Origin: Atribacterota bacterium
Lineage (GTDB): Bacteria; Atribacterota; Phoenicimicrobiia; Phoenicimicrobiales; Stramentimicrobiaceae
Assembly: GCA_028717805.1 (NCBI GenBank)
Contig: JAQUNC010000004.1
Coordinates: 5,549-69,548 of the forward strand
Reading direction: 5' to 3'
DNA: 64,000 bases
Notes under the pieces: model-generated
Seen by the model: the letters and a program-made list of their open reading frames with translations, nothing else
What the model was told of the DNA's origin: nothing
Databases searched by the model: none
Translations under genes and position numbers: made by a program
Shown here: piece by piece, positions 56,981 to 64,000 of the stretch
Numbering within the stretch: the stretch's first letter is position 1
How the letters are laid out: every line of letters starts with the position of its first letter

Positions 56981-58648
56981 TTATTCTTTGCTCTCTGCTT
57001 TTTCCAATGGGAAGGTTATACCTAATTTTTTTGCTGATAGAGAAGATAAAACAAATACCAATAGATAGAGTAAAACAATTCCAACAAGTAAAACAATAAT
57101 GACCGGTATGCCCATACCCGCCAAGAGATAGCAAATCACAGCAATTAACGCCGCAGTAAGGGCATAAGGGAATTGTGTTCTAACATGGTCTATATGGTCT
57201 GAACCGGCAAAAGTTGAAGACATTACTGTGGTATCCGAAATAGGACTACAATGATCACCCATTACAGCACCAGTTAAGACACTAGAAATAACAATGGGAA
57301 GAGGCGTGCCTACGCTCACTCCTAGAGGAATTACAATGGGAACAACAATGCCCATAGTACCCCAGGATGTACCGGTACATATAGCAATAAAAGCAGAAAT
57401 GATGAAAGTTAAAATAGGCAAGATTACGGGAGATAAAACACCTTCCAGAGCATTGACAATATAAGGAGCAGTACCCAGTTCATCACATACACCTTTAATT
57501 GCCCAGGCTGAAATTAATATTAAGGTAGCATAGACCATCATCCTGGCTCCATTGAGAAAAGAATCCATTATTTCTGCTACTGTCGCAATTTTTTGTACTA
57601 AATACATGATTATGGCAACAAAAAAAGCAATGAGTGTAGCTAATAATATGGAGAACATGGAATCGGCATCGGAGATTGCCTGGGAAAATGATTCAGCCGA
57701 GCTACCACCACCACTCGCCCACATAAAATAGAATGATAGCAATACCAGTAATATAATAGGTAACCACAGATTTATTGGTTTTGTAGAGGCATTTTGAGCA
57801 ACTTTTAATTCTGAAGTTCCAGCTAATGGTCTAGCACCTTCAGCCCAGAGTTCATGGTTTGTTCTAGCTCTATATTCTGCTTTCAGCATCGGTCCAAAAT
57901 CTCTTCCAGTATAAGCAATAATCCCTACCATAACAATAGCTAAAATAGAATAAAAACTATAAGGTACACTCCTTAGCCATAAAAAATAGGGAGAGACATT
58001 AATTCCTTCGGGAAGAGAATCGCCAATTAGACCAACCTGATAACCTATCCAGGTAGAAATTAAAAATATAGAAGAAACAGGTGCAGCAGTTGAATCTACA
58101 ATATAGGATAGCTTCTCTCTAGAAATATAATACTTATCAGATAGGGGGCGAAACAGATTTCCAATAAAGGCTGAATTTGCATAATCATCAATAAAGATAA
58201 CAATACCACCTAGCCAGGAGAATAGTTGTGCCATTTTTGCATTGTTAGCTTTTTTACTGATTGAATCTAAAAAAGCCTGTCCACCACCAGAAAAAAAGAT
58301 CATTCCCATCAATCCACCCACTAAAAAGAAAAACAAGATAATACTGGCATTCCAAGAATCAGCTACTTGCGCAACCAGTAAATTAGCTGTTTTTTCCAAG
58401 CCTGTCCATAAATTCCCATTATTTAGAATTGTGGCACCGACTAATACAGCAGTAATTAAAGAAATTAGGGCTTCTTTTAAAATGATACAAAGTATAATTG
58501 CTAGAATTGGTGGCACTAAAGACCAGATACCATAAGCACCTGTCTCCTGTTCTTCATTAGCCCAACCTATTACTGATAAGAATGATAGAATAATCAGCAC
58601 AGAAAAAACCACTACAATATATCGATTAAATCTATTCCTTCTCACCAT
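56981..58648 (-). CDS. NhaC-family transporter (candidate lysine transporter because of the upstream L-box)
   Basis: 555-aa polytopic protein with an NhaC-like C-terminal half (GTSWGTMGIVVPI, VMGDHCSPISDTTV). Confidence 0.8.
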   Translation of the reverse strand: MVRRNRFNRYIVVVFSVLIILSFLSVIGWANEEQETGAYGIWSLVPPILAIILCIILKEALISLITAVLVGATILNNGNLWTGLEKTANLLVAQVADSWNASIILFFFLVGGLMGMIFFSGGGQAFLDSISKKANNAKMAQLFSWLGGIVIFIDDYANSAFIGNLFRPLSDKYYISREKLSYIVDSTAAPVSSIFLISTWIGYQVGLIGDSLPEGINVSPYFLWLRSVPYSFYSILAIVMVGIIAYTGRDFGPMLKAEYRARTNHELWAEGARPLAGTSELKVAQNASTKPINLWLPIILLVLLSFYFMWASGGGSSAESFSQAISDADSMFSILLATLIAFFVAIIMYLVQKIATVAEIMDSFLNGARMMVYATLILISAWAIKGVCDELGTAPYIVNALEGVLSPVILPILTFIISAFIAICTGTSWGTMGIVVPIVIPLGVSVGTPLPIVISSVLTGAVMGDHCSPISDTTVMSSTFAGSDHIDHVRTQFPYALTAALIAVICYLLAGMGIPVIIVLLVGIVLLYLLVFVLSSLSAKKLGITFPLEKAESKE

Positions 58649-58801
58649 TATTTTAAAAACACTCCTTTTTAAATATTTTTTTAATTTATTATATTAACAC
58701 TATTCTATTTTTCTACTGATAACTGTCCACATCCTCCTTTCTCTATTTCTTTCTTAGATCGCTAAATTTTCTTTTTAATTATTTAATCCCATCTAATCTA
58801 A

Positions 58802-59075
58802 TAAAAAAGGGCAATCCATAAGCGCCAGGCTCATCGATTGCCCTAAATAAATAGCAAGCGTTCTTTTTACCTCCCTTTTATCTCTCCTCGATGAGATAGC
58901 GCACCACCTAAGAACGGGAGTTTTCTTAGGTGACAGTGCTATGGTTGTTAACCATAGTCCCAGCCTGGGGCTTAGAGCATCGGCTCCAGACTTCGGCGAA
59001 GATCCCTTTTCTGATAGTTCATCACTGCTCAGGCTACCTATCAGTACTCTTGATCGTTCGCGCCTCTACCTCACT
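58802..59075 (-). promoter_or_regulatory. Lysine riboswitch (L-box) with intrinsic-terminator expression platform
   Basis: The minus strand carries the conserved L-box blocks in order: GGTAGAGGCGCGAAC, CAAGAGTA, GAAAAGGGA, TCGCCGAAG, GCTGGGAC, CACTGTCAC. Helices are visible (CTGATAG/CTATCAG, ACTATGGTT/AACCATAG). Terminator AGGGCAATC...GATTGCCCT plus TTTTTT lies at 58843-58802. The segment is GC-rich relative to its flanks. Confidence 0.8.
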
Positions 59076-59217
59076 TCAGATAAAAAGTGAGGTAAACAAT
59101 ATTCGATTTTCTCTAAACTAACATAACTTAAACAAAAAGTCAAAAATATTTTATTTAACTATTACCGATTTCTAAAAGGTTTTTAAGACTGCATAAATAC
59201 CACTTTTAAAGGTTTGA

Positions 59218-59595
59218 TTACAAATTGCTCTTTTCAATTCTAATTCTAGTACCTGATCTTACCTGTTGTAAAACTTTAGGATCACCAATAATCCCGCCAA
59301 AAATATTCACTGCACTTGCTGCTCTGATTTCCTCACCGTTACTGGCAGGTGTTGTTCCAAAAAAGATACAAAATGCCTCACCGGGTGGCCAATAAGCTAA
59401 ATCTCCTATGGAAACAACCGCACTGGCACCTTGCTCTAGTTCGATTTTTTCACCAATAGAAAAATAAATTTCATCTCCCCAGGTATTAACCCTACCTTCT
59501 ATTGGTAATGCATCCCATATTTTCTCTGCTGTCTTACTATTATTTAATTCAGCTTCTACCTCAATATTTTCGATCTTTATTAAAATCTTTTTCAT
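59218..59595 (-). CDS. Cyclophilin-like-fold protein of unknown function (TM1367/DUF3830-like)
   Basis: 125 aa with ...TAEKIWDALPIEG.VNTWGDEIYF...GDLAYWPPGEAFCIFFG. Last gene of the transketolase operon. Confidence 0.55.
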   Translation of the reverse strand: MKKILIKIENIEVEAELNNSKTAEKIWDALPIEGRVNTWGDEIYFSIGEKIELEQGASAVVSIGDLAYWPPGEAFCIFFGTTPASNGEEIRAASAVNIFGGIIGDPKVLQQVRSGTRIRIEKSNL

Positions 59596-59616
59596 ATTAA
59601 AACACCACCTTTTCCC

Positions 59617-61647
59617 CTATTTCTTAATGTCGTGCAACTCTTTAGCTCTTTTCGCCAGGTGTTCAGCAGTTAAACCAAACACTTTTAGCAATTCCCAGGG
59701 GGCACCAGATAGTCCAAACTCATCATCTACACCTATCATATCAAAAAGAAATCGTGTATTATACATCTTCCCGGTAGCAACTACTCCTGCTACTATATTA
59801 CCAAATCCTCCCTTTTGATGTTCTTCCACGCTCAGCAGTACTCCTATTTCCTGAGTTGCTCTTCTAATGGCTTCTTTATCAATAGGCTTAACAGTATGCA
59901 TGTTTATTACTCTGGTTTCCAACTCGTATTCTTTTTTAAGAATATAAGCCGCCCGCATTGCTTCAGCTACCATAGGACCACAGGCAATAATAGCAATATC
60001 TTCCTCTTCGTTCTGATATTCGGAACTGAGCTTAGTTTCAAAGGCATCAACAAAGTTTTCTTTTTCTCCTCGGAAACGAATGGTATTGGCAACACCAAAT
60101 TTATAGGGAGTATTTTCGCAAGTAACAACAGGAGTAGCTTCTCGAGCATAACGAATTACTGCTGGTCCTGAAATATTAGCTACTTCCCTGGTTCCTTTTT
60201 TAGTTTCCAGCGAATCTCCGGGAACAATAATATGCATATTAGGTAAGTAGTACATATTGCTAATTTCTTCCAAGGCTTGATGAGTTGGTCCATCTGGACC
60301 AACAGATAATCCTCCATGAGCATTAGCTATTTTGACATTAAAGTTATTATAGCAGAGAGTAGTTCTGATTTGTTCCCAATTTCTGCCAGTAACAAAAACC
60401 CCGTAAGAACCAATAAAGGCAATTTTACCTTCCTTAGCAAAACCAGCAGCTGCTAAGGTCATATTCTGTTCGGCAATACCCATTTCAAAGAAACGTTCTC
60501 TTCTATCCGGATGTTTGGCATAGAATTGATCCATCTTGATAGAACTGGTAATATCTGCCCCAAAGGTAATCACCTCAGGTGATTCTCCCAATTCTTCAAT
60601 CGCATCTCCAAAGCCATTACGGGTAGGAATCATTTTAACCCTCATTATATCCTGACTATTCCACCAGTAATCTTTACTGAATTTAGGCAGGATCCGGTCA
60701 ACTTTATGGTTTACTTCCTCCTGATAATCACAGGCTATCTTGAGTAATTTATTTACCTTTTCCTGGTCAAAACCAGGAGATTTAATATCCTGCAAGGCTT
60801 TTTCTAACGATTCTGCACCAGTGAGTCCATCCTTAGGACAAATCCCATGATAACCCACTACATTTTCAGCAAAGGAAACCTCTTTGCCTTTAATAGTATG
60901 GGCAATAATAACTATAGGTTGTCCTTTGATTTGTAAGGCCTTATCCAGAGTAGCTAGTATTTCTGTCATGTTATGCCCATTCACCTCCAGCACCTGCCAG
61001 CCAAAGGATTGCCACTTGTCAGCTAAACCCTCTAATCTCATGACCTCTTCTGTTGAACCGTCAATCTGCAGTCGATTACGGTCAACAATAGCAATCAGAT
61101 TATCCAGCTGATAATGGGCAGCAGACATAATTGCTTCCCAGACTGATCCTTCATTTAATTCCCCATCTCCTAAAATACAATAGGTTTTGTAATTCTTATT
61201 TTCTAGACGAGCATTTAAAGCACATCCTACCGCTACTCCTAATCCTTGACCAAGAGAACCACTGGAAAGTTCAATACCAGGAACTTTAAAACGATTGGGG
61301 TGTCCTTCAAATCCAGACCAGAGCTTTCTTAATTTCACAACCTCATCAATGGGAAAATAACCAGCCATTCCCAGGGCAACATAAATTGCTGGAGCCTTGT
61401 GACCCACTGACCAAAAGACACGATCCCGCTCCTCCCATTCTGGATTAGCCGGATCATGTTTGATATGTTTTAAATATAAGGCTGCTGCTATGTCCATGAT
61501 AGAGAGGGTCCCTCCGGTATGACCGGATCCAGCTGCAGTAATAGCCACCATATTATAAGCTCTCATATCTTTTGCTTTTTCAACCAGTTCCTCAATAGAA
61601 TAATCTTTCTTTACTTTTCCTGTCTTTGCATCAATAATTGGCATCAT
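59617..61647 (-). CDS. Transketolase-family enzyme (N- and C-terminal halves of the split type fused in one 676-aa chain)
   Basis: TPP-binding N-half: SGHTGGTLSIMDIAAALY...RDRVFWSVGHKAPAIY...GSLGQGL...GDGELNEGSVWEA. Pyrimidine-binding C-half: FEMGIAEQNM...GPDGPTHQALEE. Confidence 0.85.
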   Translation of the reverse strand: MMPIIDAKTGKVKKDYSIEELVEKAKDMRAYNMVAITAAGSGHTGGTLSIMDIAAALYLKHIKHDPANPEWEERDRVFWSVGHKAPAIYVALGMAGYFPIDEVVKLRKLWSGFEGHPNRFKVPGIELSSGSLGQGLGVAVGCALNARLENKNYKTYCILGDGELNEGSVWEAIMSAAHYQLDNLIAIVDRNRLQIDGSTEEVMRLEGLADKWQSFGWQVLEVNGHNMTEILATLDKALQIKGQPIVIIAHTIKGKEVSFAENVVGYHGICPKDGLTGAESLEKALQDIKSPGFDQEKVNKLLKIACDYQEEVNHKVDRILPKFSKDYWWNSQDIMRVKMIPTRNGFGDAIEELGESPEVITFGADITSSIKMDQFYAKHPDRRERFFEMGIAEQNMTLAAAGFAKEGKIAFIGSYGVFVTGRNWEQIRTTLCYNNFNVKIANAHGGLSVGPDGPTHQALEEISNMYYLPNMHIIVPGDSLETKKGTREVANISGPAVIRYAREATPVVTCENTPYKFGVANTIRFRGEKENFVDAFETKLSSEYQNEEEDIAIIACGPMVAEAMRAAYILKKEYELETRVINMHTVKPIDKEAIRRATQEIGVLLSVEEHQKGGFGNIVAGVVATGKMYNTRFLFDMIGVDDEFGLSGAPWELLKVFGLTAEHLAKRAKELHDIKK

Positions 61648-61693
61648 TTCCTCCTTTATAATTAACTTTATAATAAAAAATGTATTCTATAAT

Positions 61694-62608
61694 TTACACT
61701 CTTGCCCATGCTTCTCTCAAGGTTCTCTTGGCATTGGCAATGATCACCTCTGAGGATTCACCGGGTAATGGCTTAACTTCGAAACTTAAAAATGGGGGAT
61801 GATCTGGATTCAAGTAACCAATATTCAGTAATACTCTTAAATACTCAGTCAACTCTGCAACGTCATTTTCTCCACCCTTGATTCCAAAACGAGGATGCTC
61901 ATCTCCATAGCCAACCTGATTCTTATCTTTAACAATACAGTTGCCCATATGGGCATGGACTAGGTAATTCTTGACTGGCAGAATAGACTCTTCGGGAGAT
62001 TCACCTAAGAGAGGCAAATGGGATAAATCGACCATTAAGCCAAAATTATCGAATTCCTTCCTGACCTCCGCAGCATACCTTCTGGCCAAGTCAACCGGTC
62101 CGACAAGACATTTCTTATCAATCTCCTGGTCAAAGACTTCCATAGCAATCATGAGATTACCTTTTGACTGAGCATAAGCACAGATCTCTTTGGTGGAAGA
62201 GATCAGCAAATTCAGGGCTTTTTCTCTTTTTTCTTCACCTGGATCCTTGCCGCTTAGAAAGCCAAGACCTTTCGCTCCAAGCTCATAGGCTTCATCAACA
62301 CCTTCTTTTACTTGCTGAACAGCTTTTTTTCTCTCTTCTTTTTCAAAGGAATTGATATTCAGCTTATTCACCAATAATCTGGGTTGCGCCCCGTAAGCTA
62401 CAGCCAAATGGCTGGCTTCCAACAATTCTCGAGCCTTTTTACGAACATCAGGATCCTTCATCCAAGAAACTTCCACTGCAGTAAAAAAATCATCTTCGGC
62501 AATCTCCTGCAATGTCTCCAGGATAGGACCTTCCCCTTTCATAACTTGAGGGTAAGCCATAAAATGAATTATACCTACCTTCATAAATTTGTAAATTGAT
62601 TCTTGCAT
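61694..62608 (-). CDS. Sugar phosphate isomerase/epimerase (xylose-isomerase-like TIM barrel)
   Basis: 304 aa with a pattern of metal ligands in AMEVF, VDLSHL, HAHMGN and SFEV. Confidence 0.7.
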   Translation of the reverse strand: MQESIYKFMKVGIIHFMAYPQVMKGEGPILETLQEIAEDDFFTAVEVSWMKDPDVRKKARELLEASHLAVAYGAQPRLLVNKLNINSFEKEERKKAVQQVKEGVDEAYELGAKGLGFLSGKDPGEEKREKALNLLISSTKEICAYAQSKGNLMIAMEVFDQEIDKKCLVGPVDLARRYAAEVRKEFDNFGLMVDLSHLPLLGESPEESILPVKNYLVHAHMGNCIVKDKNQVGYGDEHPRFGIKGGENDVAELTEYLRVLLNIGYLNPDHPPFLSFEVKPLPGESSEVIIANAKRTLREAWARV

Positions 62609-62818
62609 AATAATTCTTCCTTTCTAATTCAATTATTTGATATTCTTTTTTTATATATCAAATATTTTAAAATCTACTTTACAATACAATCATAATTTTA
62701 TTTTCTTAGAAAAGTCATAATCTTTGAGGTAACATCTATATTCTTCTCGCTTTTGCTTTTTTAAAATAATAAATTCTCACTAATAATTTATTAATTATAG
62801 TTAATAATATAATATATT

Positions 62819-63706
62819 CTATTGGCCTATCTCTTCAAGGATCTTCCTCAACTTCTCTCTTGCTTCAGAAGTTAAGGGTTTAATCGGTTGTAAAGTATTC
62901 CCAACCTCGATTCCCCTTAGTTTTAGTCCTTCCTTCATAATCACCGGAAAACTGCCAAGTGAAAAAGCCATGCGTAAAGGTGCCAATTTGAATTGTGCTT
63001 CTAAAGAGGCCTGGTATTCTCCTTTTTTATACAACTCATAAATTGATACCACTAATTCAGGAACAATATTTGCAGTTGCAGCAACGCTACCATGTCCACC
63101 ATAAGCTAAAAAGCCATAAATTAAGGTATCTCTGCCAGATAGAACAGCAAAATCACCATTGGTGCAGCGAATAATCTCTGCTGCTTTACTCATATCTCCA
63201 CTGCTGTCTTTAATTCCTACTATATTTTCAATCTCACCCAATCTAACTATCAGATCAATACTTAAATCAACACCAGTTCTACCTGGATTATTATAGAGTA
63301 TTATGGGTAAATCAGTATTTGCAGCAATTGCACTATAATGTTCAAATAATTCCTCCTGATTTGGCAAGATGAAGTAAGGTGTAATTACTGATAAAGCATC
63401 TACTCCTAGCTCAGTAGCCATTTCAGTTAGCTTAATAGATTCTTTTGTGGTAATAGCTCCTGTGCCAGCATAAACCGGTACTCTTTTATTGGTAGCTTCT
63501 AAGACTGTTTCAATAACCTGTCTTTTCTCATCAAAACCAAGGGCATAGCCTTCTCCAGTACTTCCTAAAGGAAATACTCCATGTACACCTGCCTCTATGA
63601 GATAATTAGTCATTTTTTGCAATGCTTTACAATTAATCCTTTCTTCTTCGTCAAATGGAGTAATCATCGGTGGAATAATGCCTTTGACTTGAATCTTCAT
63701 AATCAT
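62819..63706 (-). CDS. DapA/dihydrodipicolinate-synthase-family class I aldolase
   Basis: 295 aa with PPMITPF, GVFPLGSTGEGYAL, VYAGTG, ITPYF, ILYNNPGRTG and IVGIKDSSG. It could be DapA or a sugar-acid aldolase paralog. Confidence 0.8.
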   Translation of the reverse strand: MIMKIQVKGIIPPMITPFDEEERINCKALQKMTNYLIEAGVHGVFPLGSTGEGYALGFDEKRQVIETVLEATNKRVPVYAGTGAITTKESIKLTEMATELGVDALSVITPYFILPNQEELFEHYSAIAANTDLPIILYNNPGRTGVDLSIDLIVRLGEIENIVGIKDSSGDMSKAAEIIRCTNGDFAVLSGRDTLIYGFLAYGGHGSVAATANIVPELVVSIYELYKKGEYQASLEAQFKLAPLRMAFSLGSFPVIMKEGLKLRGIEVGNTLQPIKPLTSEAREKLRKILEEIGQ

Positions 63707-63914
63707 CCCTTTCTCTTTTCCAAATTTTTTCCCCTTTTAGGGGTTAAAGAATATTTTATTAAACACCAATTTTTTAAACATAAATAAAATTTATTCAACC
63801 AATCTTATCCAGTAATTATAATAATATTTAGTCTAACCTCTTTATATCAATATTTTAGCTTAAAAAGTCTTAATAACTACAACATATAAATTTTATTTCG
63901 TAAATTTACCTTCA

Positions 63915-64000
63915 TCATTTAAATAATCTATAATTATCAATATAAACTCCAGATTCTTTTGCCATTAATTTTAAATCATCAAGAACTTCCTTGCTTATTG
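63915..64000 (-). CDS. 3' end of a CDS running off the window (product unknown)
   Basis: Open frame from the window edge to TGA (63917-63915): ...ISKEVLDDLKLMAKESGVYIDNYRLFK*. It is short and AT-rich, so the evidence is weak. Confidence 0.2.
   Translation of the reverse strand, partial: ISKEVLDDLKLMAKESGVYIDNYRLFK

Noticed and set aside
58860-59100. The GC-rich patch was first considered as a cobalamin riboswitch, SRP RNA, tmRNA or RNase P fragment
   Set aside because: None of their signature blocks is present: no B12 box, no GGAAGCAGCCA-type SRP helix-8 motif, no tRNA-like CCA end, no GAGGAAAGUCC. The ordered L-box blocks fit instead.
58930-59121. 63-aa + strand ORF from the track
   Set aside because: It lies entirely antisense to the lysine riboswitch. 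It has no RBS, and the open frame is explained by the local GC-rich structured RNA.
1-64000. Searched for CRISPR arrays, tRNA/rRNA genes, IS elements/transposases, integrases, prophage or defence-system genes
   Set aside because: I found no regularly spaced direct repeats, no cloverleaf-like GC-rich 70-90-nt segments, and no transposase, integrase or nuclease-helicase ORFs. The only nuclease-superfamily gene is the small DUF123 protein.

Overview
Visibly AT-rich, gene-dense chromosomal segment with about 50 credible CDS. I recognised no rRNA, tRNA, CRISPR array or mobile element. Gene content suggests a strict anaerobe: desulfoferrodoxin, Dps-like ferritin, aldehyde:ferredoxin oxidoreductase, FeoAB, minimal SufCB and TAXI-TRAP importers. 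The taxon cannot be fixed from sequence alone. Blocks: (1) 3.0-14.8 kb, + strand: alpha-glucan operon of the GlgE pathway (small conserved ORF, glgE, treS-maltokinase fusion, glgB, GH57, malQ). (2) 17.4-31.2 kb, - strand: a GntR regulator followed by two operons that share a GTATAC-T-GTATAC palindromic operator. They encode two TAXI-TRAP importers, a DUF4392 protein, an opine-dehydrogenase-like protein and a 1218-aa single-chain protein that fuses a B12-binding-like domain, a glutamate-mutase-E-like middle and a GlmL-like ATPase. This is my best candidate for an undescribed system. (3) 31.6-36.2 kb: sufCB, envelope-stress-like membrane proteins, a promoter/terminator-bracketed short transcript, and pgsBC. 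(4) 36.4-38.9 kb: Fur-family regulator, ferritin-like protein, desulfoferrodoxin and an esterase. (5) 39-46.7 kb: MFS, TPR, MscS, CorA and KtrAB. (6) 46.9-53.1 kb: iron block with fur-feoAB, DUF123, DUF89, Mrp and a DUF5320 gene behind a near-consensus Fur box. (7) 53.3-56.8 kb: AOR plus a COG2403 P-loop protein. (8) 57-59.1 kb: lysine riboswitch controlling an NhaC-family transporter. (9) 59.2-63.7 kb: transketolase, TIM-barrel isomerase, DapA-family and cyclophilin-like operon. In three genes (glgE, malQ, DUF123) the conserved N-terminus is encoded upstream of any ATG/GTG/TTG, which implies ATT or CTG initiation. All product calls come from reading the translated ORFs by eye; no database search was run.
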